DNA of 62,956 nucleotides, filler included, from Jimgerdemannia flammicorona (Eukaryota): NCBI GenBank assembly GCA_003990765.1. It is 2 parts of 2 records of this genome, joined end to end, with 100 filler letters (N's around TTAATTAATTAA, not from the genome) between each part and the next. Parts side by side here need not be neighbours in the genome. Positions count along the whole stretch, not along the records: positions 31,531 to 62,956 come from RBNJ01000401.1; 1 more part is not named here. One strand, 5' to 3'. Shown piece by piece: positions 50,500 to 62,956 of this stretch (position 1 is its first letter; each line of letters starts with the position of its first letter). The notes under the pieces were generated by a model. It saw only the letters and a program-made list of their open reading frames with translations, ran no database searches and was not told where the DNA came from. The position numbers and the translations under genes were made by a program.

Positions 50500-51694
50500 T
50501 TATTTTTATTTTTATTTTTTTATTTTACAGACTCAGAGTCCTGCAAATTTTTATTAAAAGGGAATCTAGACTATATAGACCAAAACCCTCCCTCACTACC
50601 CATCAAGTACTACTCCCTTATTAATCTAGGCTAGCTATTGTCCAGTAGCTCAACTATACCAGATATAATAGGGCCTATAGTGGTCCATATCTCATTCTAT
50701 ATACCATGCTCTCCTTACTACCAAAGAGAACTCAGCTATATACTAATGATTGAAAGTATATGCCCAAAACCCCAATATATATATAAGACTATATCTGAGC
50801 TGAATATAATAGCCCCTGCTATCTTAAAAAGGATGATAGGTAAAGAAAAAACTCTTATCAAAGTACATCATGGTGGATAGGGCCTGATTCTTCCAGATAA
50901 GATAAGTAGAGGACTTATATATGAGGTAGGAGAAAACTCCCAATACCTACTACTCAAGTCTGTGAGCTTTGATCATATTGCTATATTAGCTCCCAGTTCT
51001 AGTTAAGTATAGTCAAAACATCTGAAATGAGTAGTCTCAGGCCCTCTGATCCCTCCTAACAACTAGAACCCAATCCCACATATTACCAAAAGAAGTCAAG
51101 AGTGATACCTACTACCTAACTACTCTATACCAATCAAAAAGTTCTACTGAAGTAATACTCACCCTAGTCCTGATGACCACCCCTAGCCTAGTACTCTACT
51201 GGTTCACTATTATTACCCTTTCTCTTATCTGTGATGACCATCTCCTCTCTCATCTTGACAATACCCAAAAAACAGTTACCTATACCAGAACTATACTTAC
51301 CAGGAAGCTCACCAAAGCCAGAGGACCCCACTATATGCATTGAGAACTTGTAGGTAACCTATACTGGGCACTTGATGCCCAAGATCAGCTGACTCCCTAC
51401 ATAATCTATAATACTCTAAGACAATATCTTGTTGGTAATAGCAAAAGAAAGAAGATGTTGCACTAAAATGGGCACACCCCAGATGTAGCTGAAGGCACTA
51501 GAATCTACGAAATAGTGGAGAAGACACTGATCTGATATAGATAAAAGAGTAACTCATCACTATTGTCCTTCTCCTACTATTCCTCTATAGGCACAGCAAA
51601 TCAACCCAAGATAGAGAGGGTAATAATAGAGAAAAGGGGACTTGGAAGGTTGCTCACTAAACCTTATAACTAGTAAGGTAGCAGAGAAAGGAGC
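50500..51694 (-). mobile_element. Retroposon family copy D, full length, with 12-bp TSD
   Basis: TSD TCTAGAACTCTT at 50488-50499 and 51696-51707. T-rich tail at 50500-50527; same 5' end (GCTCCTTTCTC) as copy A. Confidence 0.85.
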
Positions 51695-52289
51695 ATCTAG
51701 AACTCTTCTACCTCATTACTATTAAGAGTAATAATAGATTGGGCTTCTGCAGTAACCATGGCTTTTAGTATATTAGTATGGCAGACTGATAATTCCTTAA
51801 AGTCTGAGACTCTAGTATACTCTAAGTTGGAGATAGATTATAGTACATATCTAAAGATCTGATAGATCTTTTTAACTATTCTTATTTTATATACATCTAT
51901 AGAGATGACATCTTGTATCTCTTAGAGATTGGTCTGAGGAAATTCCCAGCAGAAGAGGTTTCCTATTTCATACTTCTGCTATATCCAGAGATATTTAGTA
52001 GTAATAGTGATCCTTGTTTCCATTTTACAATAATAGAGAATAAAATAATAAGAGTCACTAGTACCCAGGTTAAGGCTAGGAGTCCTTTTTGTGTAAGTCC
52101 TCATAGCTCTTCTGATATCTTAGAATATTCTTTCTTAGACTGAGAATCTTTGGTGATTCCTGAATCTTGAGATTTGGTAGATAGTAGGTATTTCATTTAT
52201 AGTAAGTCTTTGAGCTATTTTGGGGTTTTATAAGTCTTGTTTGAGTTACTACTACTATAGTTTCTTAGTCTTTCTTTTATATTTCTTGA

Positions 52290-53764
52290 TGTAAACGCAC
52301 AACCTCCAAGCCACCAAAATCGCATGGCATCCTCAGAACTAATTTGGAAACCACATACAAGACTACAAAACAAGAGATTATCTGGTTACACAAAATATAC
52401 CAGCAAGCACAAGAACCCACCACCAAGATACAAGAATACTAGAAGAAGTACTACAACTATAAGACTGACTCTGAACTGCTATAACTAGTTTGGTGTACTA
52501 TACTATTACAAAAGAAAACCGAAAGTACCAAACTCAAATTGAGACAAGAAAAACCCTATCTCATCTACCAAAAGGTTCATGAACTGTACTTATCAATTCA
52601 AGACCAAGATATACTGTGACTATATAAGACCTCATTACTTAGTAGAAGCAAAACACATTTGAACAACTCTATTCACTCTATCTGTATCACCTCTGTTGGA
52701 GAGTGACAGATGCTTCATCTGAACTCAAGAAAGCTGACAACATCGAAACCAATCTCAAGCCATCTACGTGACAGATATTACTACTAGAAATTGCCTCGGA
52801 TTACAGAAAATATCATTTCCGAGAGGTTCAAACCCCCAGCCATAACATTGAGAGCCCTCACCCTAGACAAGAATGGCCAGTCCTTGCAAATACACCAGCA
52901 GACCAAAAAAAAAGAGAACCAAGATCTGTTATCCTTGTACAACCACCACCATCAAGGACAGCCTTAATCTTGCAAGAGATAGAAGTGATGACACCTTTGA
53001 AACTGATGATATCAGAAGTCAGAAAACTGCTCAAACTTTGCCAGCGATGATGTCATCAATAGTGATGTCATCAAAGACTATCCAGACAGTACCTAAACCT
53101 ATAAATAGCCTAGCAGTCATAGTATAGTTAGATTAGCCTTGTATGATGTGACTGTGAACTGACTCAGCAGTCAGACAATCTCTTGATATATCAAATCACA
53201 TTTGTACTATATGACTGCATTCTGACTCAGTAAGGCACTTAGTGCTATATCTATATTCAGCATAGCCCAGATAGCCCCTCACTAGTATAAATACCCCCTC
53301 CCCCAGATCTCAGAATCTCAGACTCGAATACACAAGAATATTCCTGAATACTTCCCTACAATACTCCTTTACACAACTACTCCTAATATAGCAATATCAT
53401 GAATAGCGAATAAACCCATTCAAATAACCCACAACCCACCCTTAAGTAAATCCACTCCCTGTTAGGTCCTACTCCTAACCCCATCACGAAATTTCCTAAT
53501 TGGGTATTGTCTGCAGCAATATGCCAATTCAACTAAGCTAGTCTTAGTTTCTTGAACTTCCTGAAATACAGAAAATCCTGAACATTCAGAACTAGTCCAA
53601 AAAAGGACTTTGGTTGAGACGTCAACCTAAACTTGAAATCAATAAGCATAGAGGACATACTCCATACAAAATTGATCTTGACTATAAGAAAACGGTCTTC
53701 CAGAACATCCAGAAAACCCTTCCAGAACTATATAATAGTTACCCTAAAAAGCAACCCTCTTACA
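52290..53764 (+). repeat. 5' LTR
   Basis: Direct repeat of 57146-59094; TG..CA ends; TATAAATA at ~53286 and AATAAA at ~53409. Confidence 0.92.
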
Positions 53765-54699
53765 ACTTGGTAGCAGTGGTTTCCAATCCAATTCCACTTC
53801 AAGACGCTTCCTCACCCCACTACAAACCCTTTTGAGAATTCCTACAAGTTGGTATAAAGCCCAACCTCTGAACTGGAATTTATCCTGAACTATCTGACAA
53901 TCTGGAGAGAATTGAACCTGATGTATAAGGACAATTTGACCTCCACACCTGCAACAAGTGAGATAAACTTCATTCAAAGAAAGAAGTACTCCAGTTAAAC
54001 CAGCAAATAGGTGAAACCCTATTCACCGAACTCCTTGCACTATACCCAGTAAGTCAAGATGAAGAAGGTCTTATTGAAGTCTTCTTTACTCTTCTCAACA
54101 AGAGTTTTGTCAGCTCCACAAATCCGAGCGACCTAGGACAACCAGCAGCAGTCTTCCTAGTCTTAGTTCCTCATGAAGCCCAAGCCTCTATAGCCAAGTG
54201 GCTCAACTCTACCGACTTTCACTGTACCACATTATACTACTGATTCCAGAACAGCAAGGCCTATCATATTCTTAAAGAAGAAGTAAGAGAAACCCTTCAT
54301 CAACTACCTGACCCTGAACCTAAAGCAGGCCCTGCTACAGCCCTACCTGAATCTGAAACCAATACCAAACCTGAACTTGACTTTGAATTAAGTCCCTCTG
54401 AAATCAGATATACAACTGATTTCATCTACTTTGACACTGAGTAAACCCAATTACACAGGGACCAAACCGAAGAGGAGGAGGAGTATTTCACTGAATTCGA
54501 TCCCAGATACACTACCGAAGGAGATGCACTCCCATCAGGACAGAATACACCTACACAACAACAAACAGCTATCTATCAAGCTCTTACTCCAGATCCACAA
54601 CTACTACTCCAGCAACTTACACAGACCCAAAGAACTCCATCACACTCTGCACCATTATCTCAAGTAGTACTAGTAACACCACTACTAGCAGTCCAACCA

Positions 54700-55710
54700 C
54701 CTCTAGCAAACAATATGGCAAACTAACAGATTCTTGATCTTACAGCCCAAGTAGCTATAATGGCAGCAACCATTACTGCCTTAGCTGAACAGATCTGACC
54801 TACAAAAAATCTGAGCCTACCTACCTTCAATGGTACTGCACAAGAAGTCCAAAGCTTCATTAGTATAGTTGACACCAACTTCGAAGCCAATCAATGGACC
54901 AATGAACAAGTTGCTGACTGTGTTCTGGCAAACAATCAAGACCACATACTGGAACAACTCTTTGCTACCACTACAGCATATGTCCGCCGAGTTGTTACAT
55001 TCTTCCGAGGACCTGCCAAAGAATGGTGGTGAACCCTTCCTGAAAAACCCCTCACATGAGATACCCGACCTGTAGTAGTTGCTCAGAATACAGTAAACAA
55101 TGCCCCAGGATATAGAGCCCATCCTGCAGCCCCTGGACTCAAACAACTCATAATTGCTCAATACCACAGTAAAACTATGATTGCCGAATCTCGAGTAAAA
55201 CTCTGTAACCTCAAATTTGATGTACATGGCAAAGAAGAATTCGAAACCTTCTGTACAAAACTTGAGTCACTCCTGAACACTATTGGCCTAGAATACATTG
55301 CCAATGATGAAGCATGAAATGGTACAAGAGCAGACCACTTATTCGATGCCCTGCCTGAATGGCTTATTAGAAAAATCTGAGAACAAGGTTGCCCAATTAG
55401 TTGTGATCACCAACAATGGTGCCTGGCAAGAATCAAGACTATGGTCAAGCGAATCCTAACAGCTGGACCAATTCTGCCATGAAGACAATTCAATAACAAG
55501 GAAAAGACTTAGACTAAGAAAGAAGAACCTAAGCATGAAGCATCCCAAGCTCCCTCTACATCCATCTCTTGGATACCTAGAAATCACAAACCTACCTAGC
55601 CAAGTATCTTCAAGAAACTTACTGAAGGTGAAAGAAATGAACTTCAAAGAAGTGGAGCATACTTCTATTGCCAAAAGACAGGACACATGGCCAGTACCTG
55701 CCCTAACTGA
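54700..55710 (+). pseudogene. Degenerate gag with CCHC zinc knuckle
   Basis: LPTFNGTAQEVQSF, W..N.W..EQV and GA(C>Y)FYCQKTGHMASTCP at ~55655-55705; several in-frame stops. Confidence 0.7.
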
Positions 55711-55779
55711 AAACCCTGAACAGCAACAAGAGCAACTGTTACTACTCTGCACCACCTCAACAACCTGACCACCAGAACA

Positions 55780-56190
55780 CTAGACTTTGTCAAGTTAAGA
55801 CAAACAGCTAAGGCCCCAACTAAAGAAAGTCAGAAAGCAGCTGGATATGATCTGTATACAGCTGAAGAAGCTACAGTTTCCAACTGAAAAGTCAAACAAG
55901 TCTACACAGGAATCAGCATCTATATCCCTGAAGGACATGTTGGAAGAATATGCTGTCGCAGCAGCCTAGCATTGAAAGGACTCTCAGTAAAAGGAGGAGT
56001 CATTAATGAGGATTATACAGGCGAAATTATTGTCCTCATCCGAAACCACAGTTGGATACCCTTCAAGATCCCTATTGGTTTCTGCATCACCCAGATCCTA
56101 TTCGAAAAAATCGAGTCAACCCTGACAGTCAAGGAAGTCTCTGAACTACTGCCCACCATCTGAGGATCCAAAGGATTTGACTCATCAAAC
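55780..56190 (+). pseudogene. Retrotransposon-borne trimeric dUTPase (degenerate)
   Basis: All five motifs in order: AAGYDL, GRICCRSSLA, GGVINEDYTGEI, CITQILF and I*GSKGFDSS. Two TGA stops probably derive from CGA. Confidence 0.85.
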
Positions 56191-56399
56191 AAGGCCCCAG
56201 CCCAACCTATGATGAGCAAAGAAGAACAATTCTACAAGAAGATCAAAGATGGATATATATCAAGTGGCCAATGCCCTCATGGCATTGAAATGTACTCTTC
56301 CCAAATGATTGATGATTGCTTCTCTTGTGTCAATGAACTGGCACAAAGAAGAACCAATAGAAGGAAAGCTCCTACAACTGAAATTACCACCATTGGATC

Positions 56400-56766
56400 A
56401 GACAAACTACTCACACTTAAGGCTTTTGTCAATGGAGCACCTGTCAAGATTATGATAGACAGTAGTGTCTTAGGCAACTTCATTAATAAAGAAACAGCCA
56501 ACAGACTCAAGGTCTTTATCTCTTCAGTACAGCAAACTCAAGCAATTGCTACAGCTGATGGAACCTCACATGTTATTAGCAAAGAAGTCTGCAATCTACC
56601 CCTCCGAATTGGTGACTACCAAGTACATGTTACCCTCCAAATCGTACCACTTCCTGATAATGAAATCATCCTTGGGACTCTATGGTTAAAACAAGAGAAC
56701 CTCATGATTGATTGGGTAAACCATTCTCTGACCATCAAGAAAGGATGCCACAACTTCAAACTATAA
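56400..56766 (+). pseudogene. Retropepsin-type aspartic protease (degenerate)
   Basis: VKIMIDSSVLGNFI (from DSGA), IATADG and EIILGTLWLKQENLMIDW. Confidence 0.85.
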
Positions 56767-57145
56767 GGCAAAAAGGACCCACTTAATTCTAGTAACCCTA
56801 GACCAAAGATCACCCATATCAACAAACTACAACTTAAGAAATTGGCTAAGAAATGCCCTCTCTTCCCTATCTCTATCCGCCTATCCAAAGGAGAACCTGA
56901 GAACTCTGAAGAAGATTTTTCCAAAGTTAACAGCTATGTCAGACCACTACTCCAAAAAGCCCAAGACACATTTCTGAACCGAACTATAGAACCACTTGTA
57001 TCTGTCATTATTAATGACCAAGAAGAATACAAAGTTGAACAAATCCTCAACAAACACAGCCACAAGAACCATCCAAATGGTACAACAACACCAGAACAAA
57101 TTAGAAGGCCCCAATGAGGACATTGAAAGCTAAGAAGGGGAGAGT

Positions 57146-59094
57146 TGTAAGCATACAACCTCCAAGCCACCAAAATCGCATAGCATCCTCAGAACTAATT
57201 TGGAAACCATATGTGAGACTACAAAACAAGAGATCATCTGGTTATACAAAATATGCCAGCAAGCACAAGAACCCACCGCTAAGATACAAGAATACTAGAA
57301 GAAGTACTACAACCATAAGACTAACTCTGAATCACTATAACTAGTTTGGTGTACTATACTATTACAAAAGGAAACCAAAAGTACCAAACTCAAATTGAGA
57401 CAAGAAAAACCCTATCTCATCTACCAAAAGGTTCATGAACTGTACTTATTAATTCAAGACCAAGATATACTGCGACTATACAAGACCTCATTACTTAGTA
57501 GAAGCAAAATACATTTGAATAACTCCATTCACTCTATCTGTGTCACCTTCGTTGGAGAGTGATGGATACTTCATCTGAACTTAAGAAAGCTGACAACATC
57601 AAAACCAATCTCAAGCCATCCACATGACAGATATTACTACTAGAAATTGCCTTGGATTATAGAAAATATCATTTCTGAGAGGTTTAAACCCCCAGCCACA
57701 ACATTGGGAGCCCTCACCCTAAACAAGAATGGCCAGTCCTTGTAAATGCACCAGCAGACCAAAAAAAAAGAGAACCAAGACCTGTTATCCTTATACAACC
57801 ACCACCATCAAGAACAGCCTTAATCTTGTAAGAAATAGAAGTGACGACACCTTTGAAACTGATGACATCAGAAGTCAGAAAACTGCTCAGACTTTGCCAG
57901 CAATGATATCATCAATAGTGATGTCATCAAAGACTATCCAGACAGTGCCTAAACCTATAAATAGCCTAGCAGTCATAGTATAGTTAGATTAGCCTTGTAC
58001 GATGTGACTGTGAACTGACTCAGCAGTCAGATGATCTCTTGATATATTAGATCACACTTGTACTATATGACTACATTCCAACTCAACAAGGTACTTAGTG
58101 CTACATCCATATTCAGCATAGCCCAGATAGCTCCTCACTAGTATAAATACCTTTTTTTTTTTGTTTTAACAGACTCATGTCCTGTGGAATTTTATTGAAA
58201 GGGAACCTAGACTATATAGGCCAAAACCCTCCCCCACCACCCACCAAGCACTGCCATCCCATTAATCTAGGCTAGCTATTGTCCAGCAGCTCAACTATGC
58301 CAGGCATAGCAGGGCCAATAGACCCATACCTCATTCTGTGCACCATGCTCTCCCTACCACTAGGGGAAACCCAACCATACACCAATGACTGAAAGTGCAT
58401 ACCTGAGAACCCAATGTATGTACAAGGCCATGCCCAAGCTGAATAGAATAGCCCCTGCCACCCCAAAGAGAATGACAGATAAAGAAAAAACCCTCATCAA
58501 AGCATAACACGGTGGATAGGGCCTGGTTCTCCTAGTCGAGGTGAGTAAAGGACTTACACATGAGGCAGAAGAAAACCTCCAATACCCTACTACTCAAGCC
58601 TGCAGGCCTCACTAGTATAAATACCCCCTCCCCCAGACCTCAGAATCTCAGACTCAAATACATAAGAACATTCCTAAATACTTCCCCATAATACCCCTTC
58701 ATACAACTACTCCTAGTATAGCAATATCATGAATAGTGAATAAACCCATTCAAATAACCCACAACTCACCCTTAAGTAAATCCACTCCCCATTAGGTCCT
58801 ACTCCTAACCCCATCACGAAATTTCCTAATTAGGTATTGTCTGCAGCAATATGCTGATTCAACTAAGCTGGTCTTAGTTTCTTAAACTTCCTGAAATACG
58901 GAAAATCCTGAACATCCAGAACTAGTCCGAAAAAGGACTTTGGTTGAGACATCAATCTGAACTTGAAATCAATAAGCATAGAGGACATACTCCATATGAA
59001 ATTGATCTTGACTATAAGAAAACAGTCTTCCAGAACATCCAGAAAACTCTTCCAGAACTATATAACAGTTACTCTAAAAAGCAACTCTCTTATA
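57146..59094 (+). repeat. 3' LTR, interrupted by retroposon copy E
   Basis: 1949 bp minus a 474-bp insertion equals 1475 bp, the same as the 5' LTR. Confidence 0.92.
58152..58610 (-). mobile_element. Retroposon family copy E, 5'-truncated, inserted at the LTR TATA box with a 15-19 bp TSD
   Basis: cctcactagtataaatacc at 58133-58151 and 58607-58625; T run from 58152; the 5' LTR has the empty site. Confidence 0.9.
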
Positions 59095-59784
59095 TTTGAG
59101 ATATCTATCTTGTAGTCACAATAACTTATAGTTGGTCATTATTACTCATTTTGTAACCTAAGTGAGTTATGCTACATGATCTCTTTGTACTTTGATCTGG
59201 TGGCTTATAAGGAAAGACTGTCTTCTATAATGATATCACTATTCTGAGATTACTGTTATATTAGATATATCCTCATCTTTATTAATCTCATCATTATATC
59301 TATTATTCATTACTTCTTATAATAGTGTAACTTCTATTTAAGCTTATTATTACTATAGTTATTATTATTACTTTCTGAGCTACTGATACTATCTCACTCA
59401 TCTATTCTAAAGCTGATAAATAGATAACTATAAGATCTTCTATAAGTTCTTTGGAATTATCAGAGATATTATCTGCTGAGAAAACTATAATTTTTATTCT
59501 ATTGAGTTAAAAGACATAACTGAGAAGATCAAAGATAAACTAATAGAACTGGTCTCTCTGAATAAGTATAATCTAATATTTAATATATAATTTGAGTGTT
59601 TTTTTTTTTTTTTTAAAAAAAATAAATAAATAAAGAACTAGTAAAGTATTGAAAAAAGATAAAATGATTCTAAAAATAAGTTAAAAGGGTTAATATTTTT
59701 TATCAGAAAAAAAACACTATATAATAATAATAAATAAATATTATGTCTATATACTAAGAGAATTTTTATTTATATTACTACTAG

Positions 59785-59934
59785 AGAGGATTCATACTAC
59801 TTACATTACTGAAGAGAATTTATACTACTTATATTACTGAAGAGAATTCATACTATCTGTATTATTAGAGAGAATTCTACATTATTAGAGAGTATTTATA
59901 CTACCTATATTATTGAAAGAATTCATACCTGTAT
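59785..59934. repeat. Degenerate ~28-bp tandem repeat, ~5 copies
   Basis: Unit approximately agagaattcatactacttacattactga. Confidence 0.7.
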
Positions 59935-61250
59935 TTTATTTTATACTTATCTATATTGCTAAAAGATTTAGGAAGTAATGGAGTAAAGTATCAGAGAGGG
60001 TTAGAATAGGATATATGGCCTAACAGCTGGCAGATAGCAGGTATTGGAGAGAAGTAGAACTGAAATAGAGTCTGATCCTAGAATACTAAGGTATGATGAT
60101 GGCTGCTACCTAAGTTCTGGGTAGTATGATAGTACTTATTGAGGAGAAACATCATGCTCAACTTTTGCTTAAGCCATCTTGTAGAGAGTGGACAATTTGA
60201 GTATAAGGAGTATTATAATGTAGGACAAAAAGGGGGTTTTATATAGACACCAGAACATTGGCTTGGGGAGTATGAGATACTTAGAGACTTTTAGTTAGCA
60301 GTTAAGACTTGATTGAGAGTAGTGAGAAGGGGGGTTGATGAGTGAGATCAATAGAGAGATTTGAGAGATAGATTGGTAAGGAGAATTGAAAATAAGTGGC
60401 TTACAGTTAGGTGGACTTTAATTATATAGGTGGAGCTGGCTGGATACTGGTTGTTTATTTTTAAGGAGAGAAGGTAATTGAGTTTGGAGAAGTAGCTAGT
60501 AAGGTAGAAAGAGTTGATAGTAGATATCTTAATAAATTGGTGGCTGAGATGTGATCTATAGAGGAGTTATCAGTAATGCTTAATAGAAAAGATTTGTAGG
60601 CAGAGTAGAGGGAGAGTTGTAGTGGCAGATGGTAAGATGACCTTCAAGTATGAGAGTATAGGAGAGGAGACCCTTCTAGAGAGATTGGGTAGTAAGCTAG
60701 AGTACTATATTTATATTTGATAGATTGGTAATAAATAGAGACTATAAAAAAAAAAAAATTAGAAAATTACTTACTTCTTTGACCAGTCTGCAGCATGAGA
60801 GTTCTAGTAAGAAATACAATCTGAGCCTCTTGAAGTTGATTCTGCTCTCAATGTCTAAGATGAGCTCATATTGAGAGTATTTATTAAGAAGAAGTTACTT
60901 TTATCACTTAAGATCAGTTTTCTGTTTAGTGCTTAAGATGCAGGTATAGATGTAGCTTTTTAAGCTTAGCAATAATGAAGCTCTGCTAGAGGATCTAAGA
61001 GAGATGGTAGAGGGAAAGAGGAGGAGAGAGTAAAAGAGAAAAAGAAGAAGAGAATAGCTTAACTTTATCTAAATTCTATGATATTAGTGATATTATAGAG
61101 TCAAACACTACTTAGAGATCAGAGTGTAGTGATTTTGCCTTAATGATGCCAACAATGAAGAGTACATGAAGAGGCACCAAGTTTTGAGAATGCTTGAGTA
61201 GCAGTAAGAAGTATATTTTTATATTAAAGAATAAAGAAATAAATATGAAA

Positions 61251-61334
<84 letters not shown>

Positions 61335-61585
61335 AAAAATACCTTATTATGCGGATTTTATTTTTATTTTTATTTTTATTTTTATTTTTTTTATTTTAGC
61401 GGATTTTATTTTTATTCACACTATGTTCTTGCTATGGAAAAAGGACTATTCAAGACTAGTCAAGTGATTTTAACGATTTTTTGAGCGGTTCATGCCAAGT
61501 CATGTGAAATTGTTTACAGTATGACATGTGCCACGCTCTCTAATAGCTACTGCACACCCCCACACCCCACAGACACAGACACACC

Positions 61586-62956
61586 ATGGACACCAACACC
61601 CAAATCCTACACCAGTCCGACGATGGCGGTTTGCTCGACGAGAAAGACACAGACGCCGCTCCTATTAACCCAAGGCCCACATCGAACCCTGCCTCGCAGA
61701 AGCGCCGACCCTTCTTCTTACTATATTACTTCACCCTCCTCTATCTCAAGGTCGTCAGCCTCTTCAAATCAACCACCCGACAGGTCCAGATCGCTCATCA
61801 CACCACCACCGCAGAGCCGGAGGACGAGGACGAGGACGAGGACGATCTCGCACACTTCAAATCGACCGCATCTGCCCTCGACACCACCACAGCCACACCC
61901 CTCGACGACACCTCCTCGGACTCGCAACAGCCCGTCCGCAGCTCACCCCGCTTGCGCGCCAAGCGCGAGAAACAAATCCCGACCACAACCCCGGATACGC
62001 ACAGTAAAACCACGACGCCGCTCTCGGAGAAATCGTTGAACATGGTCGCCCAGCTCGCCTCGCCAACTCCCAAACCCTCATCGTCGACCTCCTCAACATC
62101 CTCCACGGGGTCCAGCAAACGGCGTTCTTCGCTCGCCATACAACAGGGGGGTTCACAAGGAGTCCCACAGGGAGGCCCGCAGGGAGGGCCACAAGGAGGG
62201 CCACAGGGAGGGCCGCAGGGTGGCCCGCATAGGCCTGTGCGGCACCCGCCCACGCCATTGTACTATCGAACCAAGACGCTTGTATTAGATTTGGACGAGA
62301 CCCTGATCCATTCCACGTCAAAGGGATCGAGGAGGGGCGGGCACATGATTGAGGTCATGGTCGATAGGCGTGCATGCCTTTATTATGTTTATAAGCGGCC
62401 GCATGTTGATTATTTTTTGAAGAAGGTACGGAGGGCTGGAGTTGGTTGTGTGGGGGATGGGAGCGTTGGTAGAGGGTGATGATCGGTTGCACATAGCAGG
62501 CAGGTGTCTCCATCTTGCACGCAAATGCGATTGTCGTGGGTGGAACATTTTTGACGTTTGACACTTTGGCTTGCATGCATCGCACCAAGGAGCTATCCTG
62601 TTTTCGGGGCACGCACCACAAATGACATTGATCAACCGCAATTTTATACCCGAGCAAACCGATATTATATTGACTCATCATCTTTATTTTATCCCCCCGG
62701 CTATAAATTTTTCTCATTCATTCTTTCTTTCCTTTTTTTTTTTTTTTTTTTTTCCACACAGGTGAGCGAATGGTACAAGGTCGTAATATTCACAGCGTCG
62801 ATGGCGGAGTACGCTGACCCTGTGATCGATTGGCTCGATCAGAGCAAAAAACTGGTATCAAAGCGGTATTTTCGGCAGGTTCGTTCGTGTATATATTTTT
62901 CTTTGATTCTGTTTGCATATCGAAACTCCCCCTTTTTTTTTTTTTTTTTTTTTTTT
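61586..62956 (+). CDS. NEM1: Nem1/Dullard (CTDNEP1) NIF-family HAD phosphatase, 5' part; exons 61586-62424 and 62762-62878, continuing beyond the window
   Basis: N-terminal hydrophobic segment, KTLVLDLDETLIHS, HMIEV..CLYYVYKRPHVDYFLKK|VSEWYKVVIFTASMAEYADPVIDWLD..RYFRQ. Confidence 0.85.
62141..62228 (+). repeat. Coding 12-nt repeat (QGGP)n, ~7 units, in NEM1
   Basis: QQGGSQGVPQGGPQGGPQGGPQGGPQGGPH with synonymous variation. Confidence 0.85.

Larger units (their letters stand above)
52290..59094 (+). mobile_element. Ty3/Gypsy (chromovirus-like) LTR retrotransposon, internally deleted (gag-dUTPase-protease-chromodomain remnant; no RT/RNase H/integrase)
   Basis: Two 1475-bp LTRs (TGTAA..TTACA), TSD CTTGA/TTTGA, PBS TGGTAGCAG at 53768, PPT AAGAAGGGGAGAG just before 57146. 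Confidence 0.92.
48780..61100 (-). mobile_element. Older, strongly eroded host element(s), probably retrotransposon-derived, into which retroposon D and the LTR element are nested
   Basis: CpG-free, TpA-rich, stop-riddled sequence continuing on both sides of TSD-flanked insertions. Only faint protease-like (PYNI.IF.HPF near 50100) and YYC (near 52030) remnants. Confidence 0.35.

Noticed and set aside
52873..53127. Duplicated 84-aa ORF (also 57729-57983) as a gene pair
   Set aside because: Both lie inside the LTRs; the duplication is explained by the LTRs and there is no protein motif.
61194..61484. Poly-Lys ORF
   Set aside because: Translation of a long A homopolymer and TTTTTA microsatellite.

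Overview
Intron-rich eukaryotic genomic DNA from a fungus. It is most likely an early-diverging Mucoromycota-type lineage; this is inferred from gene content (HxDLHxGN-type tyrosine-kinase-like kinase, metazoan-like Nup37), not proven. CpG-rich gene islands alternate with AT-rich, transition-eroded repeat blocks, and there is one scaffold gap (31431-31530). Recognisable genes, left to right: a Whi5/Nrm1/Stb1-like G1/S regulator, a non-RD kinase followed by 19 one-repeat-per-exon LRR exons, NUP37 and RVS167 head-to-head, a small two-exon gene with a RelE/YoeB/HigB-like domain, a FucP-type MFS transporter, RPL5 with an intronic snR60/U80-type C/D snoRNA, a PLP aminotransferase, a frameshifted Kelch membrane-protein pseudogene, an F-box/WD-like protein, a class I SAM methyltransferase, ABCF2/ARB1 and the 5' part of NEM1. 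Mobile DNA includes an internally deleted Ty3/Gypsy LTR element carrying a dUTPase, at least five copies of a ~1.2 kb poly(A) retroposon, a MITE and a short TPRT-type insertion. The two best candidates for undescribed biology are (1) a kinase-LRR locus built from 84-nt phase-1 exon cassettes whose splice junction falls on a hypervariable LRR position, and (2) an intron-containing, NLS-bearing, bacterial RelE-like toxin domain with no antitoxin. All family assignments come from motif recognition by eye; no searches were run.
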